Of a DNA stretch of 55,730 bases, positions 17,892 through 26,282 are shown in pieces; within the stretch, counting starts at the first letter, position 1, and each line of letters starts with the position of its first letter. The translations under genes and the position numbers were made by a program. The stretch comes from a virus. Lineage: Duplodnaviria; Caudoviricetes. The notes under the pieces were generated by a model that saw only the letters and a program-made list of their open reading frames with translations, did no database searches and was not told the origin of the DNA. The stretch covers positions 1-55,730 of the IMG/VR virus record IMGVR_UViG_3300044682_000046; one strand, 5' to 3'.

Positions 17892-18081
17892 AACCCCAAA
17901 AGTGGGGCGGGCGCGCCTTTATTTCTTGTGGCGTCTGCGCCATAATACCGCGTATAAGCCCCATTGTCACAACTCGGCAGCGTGGCGGTAAGCTCTTCTT
18001 GTGCGACCGCCGTGCCCAAGCTGAGCATCATGAACAGGTGGCTCCACGCTGCTACAAGGATTCCGACTTGACAAGTGGCGT

Positions 18082-18354
18082 TCATGCTCGCTTCGCCTCC
18101 GCTTGCTCTTGCGGCCGATAGCTTTCGGGTATTTCCACGCCATAGTGCTCTTTCATCGAGGCACGGAAATAAGACCATGCCTCATCGGGCGCTAGGTCAT
18201 GCCTACAATCAAGGCATTGCGATTCCCCTCGCATCTGAGCATTATAGTCCCGATGGACATCGATGCCTTTGGATGAAAAACGTCCGACACACATTCCTTG
18301 CGAGCTATTGACCCAAACGGTTTTGCCGTTAGTGCTGATATCGAAATCGTTCAT
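18082..18354 (-). CDS. hypothetical protein
   Basis: AAGGA RBS; ATGA coupling to the PEP-CTERM-like gene. Confidence 0.7.
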   Translation of the reverse strand: MNDFDISTNGKTVWVNSSQGMCVGRFSSKGIDVHRDYNAQMRGESQCLDCRHDLAPDEAWSYFRASMKEHYGVEIPESYRPQEQAEAKRA

Positions 18355-18397
18355 CCCATTTTCCTTTTCGCCTGTTCGGCTTCCTCAGGGGGTTTAC

Positions 18398-18832
18398 TCA
18401 TTTCAGCACCGCGCCGATTGCCGGCTCGGGCAATGTGGCGACAACCGTTGGCGTGGCCGCCTGGGCAAGGCCGATTGCGCCCGCGATGTCATGGGCAACG
18501 TCATCCGGCGACCTCCCCGTCGCAGCAAGAAGCGGCTTGAGGTTGGTCGCGATGTAGTTCGCCCCGCTCGCAACCGCTGAGCTATGAGCGTCGATCGACT
18601 GCCCGGCGAGATTGGTCGCGGACGCCGCGATGGCGAGGCCAGCTTGCGTGCTGACAGCCTTAGCGAGCGCGGCCTCGTTGGCTTGGTCGATTTTGATGCC
18701 GGTCCACCGTTGGAACAGGGCCGCGCCGTATAGGACCGCCGCGCCGATGATCGTCGTCGCCGCAGCCGTCAGATATGGCTGAAGCGTGTCGACGAAAGGC
18801 GCGAGCGGAACGACTGTGGATGCGTCGGTCAT
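18398..18832 (-). CDS. putative holin
   Basis: N-terminal TM then WTGIKID....AL..AV...A pattern; two genes downstream of lysozyme. Confidence 0.6.
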   Translation of the reverse strand: MTDASTVVPLAPFVDTLQPYLTAAATTIIGAAVLYGAALFQRWTGIKIDQANEAALAKAVSTQAGLAIAASATNLAGQSIDAHSSAVASGANYIATNLKPLLAATGRSPDDVAHDIAGAIGLAQAATPTVVATLPEPAIGAVLK

Positions 18833-18834
18833 TT

Positions 18835-19344
18835 TCAGTTTCCCTTCGTAATCGCGGCGATTGTTCTAAGAGCTTCGATGAGGCCTTCGGCATATTCATG
18901 TCGGCCAGCATCCTTTGCCGGCCGAACCATTTTCGACAGCTTGCGAATGGCCTCGCGAACGACCTGGGGCTTGCTCTTGAATTCGGCGCGGCGTCGAATT
19001 CGACGGCGTATCCGAGAAGAAGTGCGGCGGGGAATTAGTACCTGTTCCCCGCCGCCAGGAGGCATAACCAAGCGCGCCTCCTTACGGGACGGCATGCTAT
19101 CTGTCCCGTCGCCTTGAGCCTTATCGTCAGACTCTCGGCTGCTTGACCAACGCATTCCGGCGTCGGCCAACGTCTGAGCGTGTTGCGCCCAGAGCGTCCC
19201 TACCGCGCGTTTGGCGACGGACCTCGCAAAGCGAGCGTCCGGCAAACGCCCAGGATGATGATGGGCGGCGTTGAGGACGGCCCCGGATACAATCCTCAGC
19301 ATCCGATGTTGAGGCCCCTTGGCGCGCTTCCAAAGCGTGCTCAC
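18835..19344 (-). CDS. basic hypothetical protein
   Basis: GTGA coupling with lysozyme stop. Confidence 0.6.
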   Translation of the reverse strand: MSTLWKRAKGPQHRMLRIVSGAVLNAAHHHPGRLPDARFARSVAKRAVGTLWAQHAQTLADAGMRWSSSRESDDKAQGDGTDSMPSRKEARLVMPPGGGEQVLIPRRTSSRIRRRIRRRAEFKSKPQVVREAIRKLSKMVRPAKDAGRHEYAEGLIEALRTIAAITKGN

Positions 19345-19937
19345 GGCGTCTTTCCTTGCGGTCCCGTCAGGGCCGCGAGAAGATGCTCCACGGCCGTCAT
19401 GCGCTCGGCCAGTTCGGCGATCTGTTCGGCTACATCCGGCGCGGAGGGGGCGACCGGCGAGGATGAGGACGGCACCAGCGGCATGCCCTTCGCGAGAAAT
19501 TGCGCCATCTCGGCTTTGCGCCGGCCGAGCAATTCCTCGGGATGGTCCCAAAGCAGAAACGCCTTCGCCGCGGCGTCGATGTCGCCCGCATTGATATCGC
19601 GGACAACCGAGGAGCCTGCGAAGCCTCCAATGCCGATATTATGGCAGAGGCTCACGCAAGCGTCGAACTGATTTTGTGAAATGGGAAACGGCGGATTGAG
19701 CGCACGATTGACCTCGGCGATTTCAGGCTTCAGGTCGGAGCGGTAGAGGTCCATGACCGCCTGATACGACATCTCCATGCCGGCGCACGGGATGGGTGCC
19801 CCGGCCGCTGCGGTGTGGCCGACGCCGATAGTCCAGATTCCGCGTGTGTCGCGATAGGCCAGCGTGCGCACGCCCTCTCGGCCGGCGAGCGCGGCAAGTC
19901 CGGACGCGCTGATATCCATGTTCACCGGGAGAGCCAT
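19341..19937 (-). CDS. GH24 phage lysozyme (endolysin)
   Basis: EG....AY.D..G.WTIG.GHT catalytic E-8-D-5-T; QNQFDA.VS...NIG; L..RR.AE. Confidence 0.95.
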   Translation of the reverse strand: MALPVNMDISASGLAALAGREGVRTLAYRDTRGIWTIGVGHTAAAGAPIPCAGMEMSYQAVMDLYRSDLKPEIAEVNRALNPPFPISQNQFDACVSLCHNIGIGGFAGSSVVRDINAGDIDAAAKAFLLWDHPEELLGRRKAEMAQFLAKGMPLVPSSSSPVAPSAPDVAEQIAELAERMTAVEHLLAALTGPQGKTP

Positions 19938-20134
19938 TTATGGTCTTCTTTCCACCATTTCCAGCGGGGAACGGTCTTAACAACCGAGCGCGTGCCCGTG
20001 AACACTTGGTTTTCAACCGCCGCACTACCTTGCGCATCGAGGCATGACATAGGCTTAGACTGTAAGCTCCAAATCGGGTCGCCCCCAAGCGGTGTAGTGA
20101 TCAGATAAACGGCGATAACACAAAGTTGGATCAC
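19922..20134 (-). CDS. hypothetical protein
   Basis: GTGA coupling; hydrophobic N-terminus. Confidence 0.5.
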   Translation of the reverse strand: MIQLCVIAVYLITTPLGGDPIWSLQSKPMSCLDAQGSAAVENQVFTGTRSVVKTVPRWKWWKEDHKWLSR

Positions 20135-20556
20135 AGCGGCCTTCCTGCCGGCTCGCCGTTCTCGCCCGCCCCGACCTTGCGGAGCATTTCGAGAACGAAG
20201 CCCGGCGCGATAAACCGGGAGCACGCCCGCCCCTCGTCTTTAGGATCGGCCCCGTGAGTAATCAGCATCGCCATGACAAGGCCGTCCTGAGAAGCAAGCG
20301 CGGCGCTGTCGCCCGCCGGGAGTTCCTTCGACATCGGCGGAATGAAAATATAGGCTGTCCTGATGAACTGGAACTGGTCCGGCGTCATCGTTTGCACGGA
20401 CGCTACCTTCTTGATTTCCGCGACCGGAACGCAAGCCGGACTGTCCGGTCTGAGCCATTGCCAGAACACGCCGTCCCCTGAACTGTCCCGCCCTTCCGCC
20501 GCAAGCGCAGCGCCTCCGAAAGCGAGAGCGATAACGAGAGCAAGCAAGCGCTTCAT
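20131..20556 (-). CDS. exported hypothetical protein
   Basis: AGGAGG RBS; MKRLLALVIALAFGGAALA signal peptide; two Cys. Confidence 0.8.
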   Translation of the reverse strand: MKRLLALVIALAFGGAALAAEGRDSSGDGVFWQWLRPDSPACVPVAEIKKVASVQTMTPDQFQFIRTAYIFIPPMSKELPAGDSAALASQDGLVMAMLITHGADPKDEGRACSRFIAPGFVLEMLRKVGAGENGEPAGRPL

Positions 20557-20567
20557 TCGACCCTCCT

Positions 20568-20894
20568 TTATGGAATTCGTCGCATCAGTTCGGCCCGATC
20601 AATCCGCCCGGCCGCGAACTCGCGCGCTGCGGCTCTAATCGCCTCCGACCTCGCCAATGCGGACGGCCTCGACGGCGGTTTGGGGCGCGAAGGAAGGGCG
20701 GCCTCGAAGGAGAGCCTTCCCTTAACCAGGGCTCTGCTTTTCCGGACGCGCCGCGCCGCCGCGGCCTTCTCGCCGTTTTCGTCCAGCACCCATGTGACCA
20801 TCTTAACGGTCTGGCCGAGCCGTTGGGCGATCTCCGATTTCAACATGCCGGCCGCTCGCATGCGCCGGCATTGTTCGTGCCAAGCTCGGGACAT
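20568..20894 (-). CDS. HTH-containing protein
   Basis: MRAAGM..SEIAQRLGQTVKMV.WVL. Confidence 0.65.
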   Translation of the reverse strand: MSRAWHEQCRRMRAAGMLKSEIAQRLGQTVKMVTWVLDENGEKAAAARRVRKSRALVKGRLSFEAALPSRPKPPSRPSALARSEAIRAAAREFAAGRIDRAELMRRIP

Positions 20895-21298
20895 CAGAAA
20901 GTCGCCGGCTGTTCAAGGCAGTAGAAGTCGTAGTCGTCCGTCTCCCCGTAACCTTTTTGAGAGGCCGGTTCCTGTGGACCTGCCCACAATTCCCCTGTTC
21001 CTGTGCGTAAACCATGATGATACCAGATACCCCAGCAGGACGCTCCCGTCGATTGAGCGATGAGCCATGTCTTTGTTTCAAAATGAATAGCTTTCCGCCA
21101 TTTGCCGTTAAGAAATACGTCGAACCCATCCCCGTCAACTCGCACTTCATTTGATTGAAGCGCACGATAGTCTCCGCTTCCGCAGCATCCGGACTTGACT
21201 TCCAAGGGCGCTGTATTATTGTTGCAATCGACGGAGTGAGCGAACGCGGGCGCTGATAGGCTCAGCGCGAGAGCGACGGGGAGGAGGAAGCGGATCAT
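20894..21298 (-). CDS. exported Cys-rich protein
   Basis: MIRFLLPVALALSLSAPAFA signal peptide; CCGSGD...C...FYC. Confidence 0.8.
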   Translation of the reverse strand: MIRFLLPVALALSLSAPAFAHSVDCNNNTAPLEVKSGCCGSGDYRALQSNEVRVDGDGFDVFLNGKWRKAIHFETKTWLIAQSTGASCWGIWYHHGLRTGTGELWAGPQEPASQKGYGETDDYDFYCLEQPATF

Positions 21299-21462
21299 TT
21301 GGGAGCCGTCTTATTATTTGGTGAAAAGACGTTTTCGCCAACGTTCCATAATTGCATATCCGATTACGAACAGGCCAACTCCTATGCATCCGAAAAAGAA
21401 CAACCAGCCAGACTCTTCTCCGCTATCGATTCGCACGTTCAATGCAATCGGTTGCCAAGTGC

Positions 21463-21690
21463 TCATTTGGAGATCCGCCCTAAATACCAAGCGACTGCGG
21501 CCAACAACGAAATGCCAAAGTAATACCTAGCATCGTGAACAACCGTTGTCCCATCTGTCCAACGCGACAGCCTATCAGCGAGATAAATGCCAAGAGTCAT
21601 GGCAATTCCGGAACGCGCAGCCAGGAACGCTGTTTGCCACCATGGTTCATGACGTGATCGCATAGGCGCAACCCACCCGCTCACGGCCAT
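21463..21690 (-). CDS. small membrane protein
   Basis: GGAGG RBS; two hydrophobic segments. Confidence 0.5.
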   Translation of the reverse strand: MAVSGWVAPMRSRHEPWWQTAFLAARSGIAMTLGIYLADRLSRWTDGTTVVHDARYYFGISLLAAVAWYLGRISK

Positions 21691-21802
21691 TCCCTCCACA
21701 GGAATGCGACCACGAGAACAATCGCAACGGCAACAAGAGCGGCTAAGCCGAGCGCAGAATCGCGCCCATGCCGCCATCCCCAATCGGGATCGTCGGGATC
21801 AG

Positions 21803-22024
21803 TCATTTTTCAATCACCGCAGCAAAAGTAGAAATCTTCTTTTGCCCGATCCATTTTATGATTTCCTCGGCAAGATCATCGATCTCGTCAAGATGAATAC
21901 AGGCATACCCGCCACTGCTTACTCTGGCACGACGTCTTATAATTACTCCGATGCAATATTTAGCCCTCTCAAATTCATCATCGCGGATAGCTAGCGTGAC
22001 GAGTTGGCCCGAGGATTCGGTCAT
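21803..22024 (-). CDS. hypothetical protein
   Basis: 73-aa ORF preceded by a G-run. Confidence 0.5.
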   Translation of the reverse strand: MTESSGQLVTLAIRDDEFERAKYCIGVIIRRRARVSSGGYACIHLDEIDDLAEEIIKWIGQKKISTFAAVIEK

Positions 22025-22143
22025 CTCGTCCCCCCCCCGCCACCGGCGGCTGCGTCAGGATCAGCCCCTCAAGCACCGCGTCGATCTCGGATTTGCCGGG
22101 CATGGCTATCTGCCTCTCACGATCATGTCACCGTGAGTTGAAA

Positions 22144-22193
22144 GTGCTAGCACCGTGCTATTGACTTGTCAAGCGCAAAATGCTAGGTATCTT
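22144..22193. promoter_or_regulatory. divergent promoter region with palindromic operator
   Basis: GTGCTAGCAC palindrome, repeated TGCTA half-sites, TTGAC-TT-GTCAA giving -35-like boxes on both strands. Confidence 0.55.
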
Positions 22194-22195
22194 CC

Positions 22196-22354
22196 ATGCT
22201 CATGCCGACGGACAAACCGGTTGTGTTCGTGCGCTTCGCGCCCGAGACAAAGAAGGCGCTGAAAAAGGCAGCCGCCGCGGACATGCGCTCGGCCTCCTCG
22301 CTGGTCGAAAAAGTTATGACCGAATGGCTCAGACAGAACGGATTTCTCAAGTGA
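22196..22354 (+). CDS. ribbon-helix-helix (Arc/CopG-like) regulator
   Basis: Manual translation MLMPTDKPVVFVRFAPETKKALKKAAAADMRSASSLVEKVMTEWLRQNGFLK. Confidence 0.8.
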   Translation: MLMPTDKPVVFVRFAPETKKALKKAAAADMRSASSLVEKVMTEWLRQNGFLK

Positions 22355-22821
22355 GCGGATCGATTTATGTAGCCCGCCCGGAAGCTGGCGGTCCCGTGAA
22401 GATCGGGAAGTCAGGAACGCCGCGCATAAGACTTAGCGAACTCAACGCCTCCTCTCCGATTCGGCTACTCATGGACTATGCTGCCCGCGCGGATGACGCC
22501 GGAACGATAGAAACCCGGGCGCACGAAATACTCAGGACGAACCGCGCTCATGGCGATTGGTTCAATGTCGATAGCGAGACAGCCATTTCCGCGGTTATCC
22601 AAGCCGCCGCCGAACTAGGTTTCGCGCTCACTCGCGTAGAGGACAATTTCCTTCCGATTGAACGCCCAACGGATACGGAACCCGTAACCCTCAGGCTTCA
22701 GCTCGAAGTGCTGGACGCCGTCGAGGATGCGCGCCGATCGATGCCCGTGATCCCCTCTCGGCAGGAGGTCTTGCGGACGGCGATCGTCGAATGGCTCCGC
22801 GCCAAGGGGTTTTTGAAATGA
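22351..22821 (+). CDS. T5orf172/MUG113-type GIY-YIG domain fused to RHH domain
   Basis: IYV......PVKIG.S..P..RL.EL...SP; E...H.......GDWF; C-terminal VTLRL....LDAVE..R....PSR.EVLR..I.EWL. Confidence 0.8.
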   Translation: MSGSIYVARPEAGGPVKIGKSGTPRIRLSELNASSPIRLLMDYAARADDAGTIETRAHEILRTNRAHGDWFNVDSETAISAVIQAAAELGFALTRVEDNFLPIERPTDTEPVTLRLQLEVLDAVEDARRSMPVIPSRQEVLRTAIVEWLRAKGFLK

Positions 22822-23213
22822 CCTCGCACAAGCGCATCGCCCAGCCTGACGATCCGGCGCGCGCCCTGCTCAAAGGCATCGCAATGGACATCGGCAAGGA
22901 AGTCGTCGCCTACGTCGAGCGCATGTACGCGGAGGCGACCATCTCGACGAACTCGGGATTCCGGCTCTCACTCCGCAACGTGATTCACAACGAGATCGTC
23001 AACGCCATCGACGAAACAACCGGAAAGACAGACACCGAAATCCTAGCGTGGCTCGCAAGCCGAAAACATGCGCGCCGCAAACTGAAGACCATCGTCGGAC
23101 TAATTCGCGACACCGATTGGGAAGCGACGAAGGCCAAGATCGCTGAAGGCCATAGTTGGACTGATGCGGTGAACGCCGTCGTCAATCCAACGGCATTTGA
23201 TGAAGACGTCTAA
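22818..23213 (+). CDS. hypothetical protein
   Basis: ATGA coupling. Confidence 0.7.
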   Translation: MTSHKRIAQPDDPARALLKGIAMDIGKEVVAYVERMYAEATISTNSGFRLSLRNVIHNEIVNAIDETTGKTDTEILAWLASRKHARRKLKTIVGLIRDTDWEATKAKIAEGHSWTDAVNAVVNPTAFDEDV

Positions 23214-23252
23214 TCGCGGCTATCTCACGAAGCGAGAGGACAAGGAGACGAA

Positions 23253-23537
23253 ATGATCAAGACGCTTGCGTTAGGCGCGCTCGCCGCGGTGCTGGCGACG
23301 GGAGTGCAGGCTCAAAACGTCGATACTGTGTCCGGGTGCCCCTTGGACGCGAATGGTCGATGCGCAGGCGAATGGTGTAAGACACATACGTGTTGGGAGG
23401 TCGTCGATAGCGCCGGGGATTCTCACGTTGGGCCTCCCTCCAATATTCTCAAGTCCTGTGAGCCAGGTTATACCCTTGTCGTGGTTGGCTCGCACGATAT
23501 GTGTGCGCCCGCGTGGCTTTTAGAGCAGCCGAAGTGA
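23253..23537 (+). CDS. exported Cys-rich small protein
   Basis: AAGGAG RBS; MIKTLALGALAAVLATGVQA signal peptide; six Cys. Confidence 0.75.
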   Translation: MIKTLALGALAAVLATGVQAQNVDTVSGCPLDANGRCAGEWCKTHTCWEVVDSAGDSHVGPPSNILKSCEPGYTLVVVGSHDMCAPAWLLEQPK

Positions 23538-23615
23538 ATAACACTTGCTCCCCTCGCAGTACGGTTAGTCACATTATCAATACCCGTTTATGCACTTGCC
23601 AAACTGGACAGAAAA

Positions 23616-23804
23616 ATGGTAAACGAATCGGGACAGGTCGGCGAAACCGAAGGGGAAGAAACGCGTGAGGAGCGGCTTCTCCGCGCACTGCATCAGGCGT
23701 ATCTTAGCATCGAGAGTCTATCTGAAGAAATCGAACGCGTTCTAATGCGCACAAAAGACACGCTCGATTCATTCGAGTCTCTTGATCCTCCCGGCGGCTG
23801 TTAA
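23616..23804 (+). CDS. small acidic hypothetical protein
   Basis: 62-aa ORF in the same + strand island. Confidence 0.45.
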   Translation: MVNESGQVGETEGEETREERLLRALHQAYLSIESLSEEIERVLMRTKDTLDSFESLDPPGGC

Positions 23805-23912
23805 TTCAATGGGGAATTCCCAAGGGGCGGGAATACCGATCAAAGGCGGCTCGCAATATTCGGCGGTTTTTAATGACGTGGAGAATATAGACGAGGCCAT
23901 CTCCCACTTGCG

Positions 23913-26279
23913 TTAATTGGTCGATATGAACAGCACACTGCCGGGGGGCGGGCTCGCGCCAGCCCCGCCCGGAACGCCGGGGAGCGACCACTCATTTGCC
24001 CACCCATACCCCGGCGCGACGCCGCCGACGGCGTTGTCGCCGCTGTTGGCCGGCGCGGCGGCGCCCGGCCCGGAAGTCGCATTGCCTCCGGGCGCGACGC
24101 TGATCGTGCCGCAGGGGCCGGCGGCGGCACACGGCGAGCCGTCGTTCGTCTGGACGTTGTAAGGCAGGTTCACCGTCGTAGGGTTTCCGGAGCCGCCGGC
24201 CGCGATTGAATAGGTCGCCGGGTATTCGTCGGCATACAGCGTCATATTGTCAATCTCGGTAAAGGCGCCACTCCCGCCATTGTACGGCGAACTCGCCGCG
24301 CCCCCGGCCCCGGTAATTCTGATCGTGAGGTTCCGGCAATGCCGGGGGTTGCGCGTGCCGCTGCCCGACGTGTAGGGGCCGTCAACCCCCGGCGTGCATG
24401 GCGGCGGGGGCCAGCTCGCGGCCGCCGTCATTTTGGCGTCGAAATTGTCGATGTAGCGGAGATGGTTCTCCGCCGCCCACTCCTTGACCTGGCGATTATA
24501 GGTGTTGACGCCGTATCCTCCGTCAACATTCGTATAGATTTGGAACCATCCAAAATTGTTGAAATAGGTCAGGAACGTCGAGAAGAACGTGTGATAGTCG
24601 AGGATCGTGTGCGACGAGATAGTGACCAAATTGCCGTAAGTGAAGCCGCCCGCATCCGTGCCCGTGTCGCCCGCGCCAAGCCCAAGGAAGTGCGCGCCGG
24701 TCCCGGTCATGAGTTGCATCGTGCCGAACGGAGTGTTGTAGGGCAGCCAGGAACTCTGCTCGGCGATGAGGCGTGTCGATGTCCCATCAGGTCCGGTGAA
24801 CTCGGCGTCTGAGATTTGGAGCGGGGGGGACGTGAAGTTGAGCGCCTGCGCCGTCGTGCCGCAATCAATTGGATTCGCGTAGGCGCACGAGAGAATCCAG
24901 ATCGAGCCCTCGCACCCCGCGCCCGCGCACTTGGCCCCGGTCGCCGTTTGCGTGACGCTGCCGCCTGACACGTAGCCCATAACGCCGGTGGCGGGGGCTG
25001 AGTTGGCCGACGTCATCCAGCAGAAGGCGTGGCTCGTGGTGCAATAAGGGCCGTCGCCGCCGAACAGGTAGATGGCGGGATTATTCGCGACCACGGCCAT
25101 GGCCGTGGCGAGCGTCCCGGTGAACGACGACCCGATCTGTAGCTGGCCCCAATAGGCCGTAAAGGCGTAGGTCGGATTCTTGGCGGTGTTTGAATTGCTC
25201 GGTCCCGGCTGCCAATAGGTGCAACAGCCGCCCGAGAAGGTCGTCCATGTGACATAGACACCGGCGCCGCCCGGCGTCCCCGAAATCTGGCCCATATTGA
25301 CGATCCCAGTCGGCGTCGTCGCGACGTTCGCGCCGAATGGGATCGAGCAGCCGGCGGTCGACGTGACGACCATGAACTGGAATAAGACGTAGCCCGTGAA
25401 ATTGCAGCTTTCGCCGGTAACGGAGGTCCCCGTCGCGGCGGCCGAGCCGAGCGGATTATTGTAGACGTAGGCATTGAAACTGTCGTTTGCGTAGGACGCG
25501 ACTTGCGCCCATGACGGATTGAAAGTGATCGTTCCCGTGCATGGGCAAGTGACCGTTCCGGCGACAGTGAACGTGACGTAGTTCGCGCTCGCGTCGGTCG
25601 TCGTGTAATTGCCGTTGAGGGTCGGCCCGCTCGCGTCCGAACCGCTCGAAATCGTGATCAACGAGTCGCCGGCCGGCAGGGCGTTGGGGCTTGCGATCGC
25701 AGTCGACCAGGTGAGCACGATCTGCGTTGTGGGGACGGCGACTGTCCCGTTCGGCGTCGCGGTCCCGCTCACGGCGACTTGTTGCGGCGGCAGGCAGAGC
25801 GGCGATGTCGTGTCGGCGCAGACCGAGAAAGGCACCGTGTAGCCGCTCGGGTTGATGTTCGCGTCGATATCGTAAGTGAGCGACGCGGGGCACACCCCGA
25901 TCGTCATGTTGCAGCCGGCCTGGATCGCCGCCAGCGAAGGTTCCGGGATGCTGAAATCGCGTGCCCGCGCCCCCCCGGACGGCAGGCGGCTGAAGTAGAG
26001 CGTTATGGTCGGCCCGCTGTACCCGGCGAAATACTGCTCCGCCTGGGTGCATTCTGGGCTACCGAGGCCGAAGTAGTCGCACGCCTGCCGCGAACTCTGG
26101 AATCCGACGACGGCGTCCACAGGCAGGATGTTATTTCCCGTGAAGACGAGCACATTGGGATTGGTCGAACTCGGCACGGCGACGAGCTGGTTGAGGTAGC
26201 CGGCCTGGGCCTCCGCGAGGCCGAGGAGCGACAGGAACAGATAGAGATAGGTGAAGACCCTGATCGTCGCTGATTTCAT
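23913..26279 (-). CDS. signal-peptide protein with tail-sheath-like N-terminal half and Gly-rich C-terminal domain (paralogue B)
   Basis: MKSATIRVFTYLYLFLSLLGLAEAQA; GFQSSRQACDYFGLGSPECTQAEQYFAGYS...LYFSR aligns by eye with the window's sheath. Confidence 0.8.
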   Translation of the reverse strand: MKSATIRVFTYLYLFLSLLGLAEAQAGYLNQLVAVPSSTNPNVLVFTGNNILPVDAVVGFQSSRQACDYFGLGSPECTQAEQYFAGYSGPTITLYFSRLPSGGARARDFSIPEPSLAAIQAGCNMTIGVCPASLTYDIDANINPSGYTVPFSVCADTTSPLCLPPQQVAVSGTATPNGTVAVPTTQIVLTWSTAIASPNALPAGDSLITISSGSDASGPTLNGNYTTTDASANYVTFTVAGTVTCPCTGTITFNPSWAQVASYANDSFNAYVYNNPLGSAAATGTSVTGESCNFTGYVLFQFMVVTSTAGCSIPFGANVATTPTGIVNMGQISGTPGGAGVYVTWTTFSGGCCTYWQPGPSNSNTAKNPTYAFTAYWGQLQIGSSFTGTLATAMAVVANNPAIYLFGGDGPYCTTSHAFCWMTSANSAPATGVMGYVSGGSVTQTATGAKCAGAGCEGSIWILSCAYANPIDCGTTAQALNFTSPPLQISDAEFTGPDGTSTRLIAEQSSWLPYNTPFGTMQLMTGTGAHFLGLGAGDTGTDAGGFTYGNLVTISSHTILDYHTFFSTFLTYFNNFGWFQIYTNVDGGYGVNTYNRQVKEWAAENHLRYIDNFDAKMTAAASWPPPPCTPGVDGPYTSGSGTRNPRHCRNLTIRITGAGGAASSPYNGGSGAFTEIDNMTLYADEYPATYSIAAGGSGNPTTVNLPYNVQTNDGSPCAAAGPCGTISVAPGGNATSGPGAAAPANSGDNAVGGVAPGYGWANEWSLPGVPGGAGASPPPGSVLFISTN

Positions 26280-26282
26280 CGG

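Larger units (their letters stand above)
13793..17950. mobile_element. IS1595-family (ISNha5-like) transposon with passenger genes, 4158 bp
   Basis: 26-bp perfect TIR CGGTATTATGGCGCAGACGCCACAAG (13793-13818 / 17925-17950); 8-bp TSD CGTATAAG (13785-13792 / 17951-17958); internal transposase. Confidence 0.96.
12951..18085 (-). pseudogene. PEP-CTERM-like exported protein (about 322 aa) interrupted by IS1595 element
   Basis: 5' part 18085-17951 (signal peptide ...LSLGTAVA, ends DNGAYT) joins in frame across the TSD to 13784-12951 (SCKDTVW...AVPEVSTYAMMALGFVGLWRFRR). Confidence 0.88.

Noticed and set aside
21299-21523. AT-rich + strand ORF, possibly a decayed membrane-protein fragment
   Set aside because: No RBS or clear start and it overlaps a - strand gene; cannot be supported
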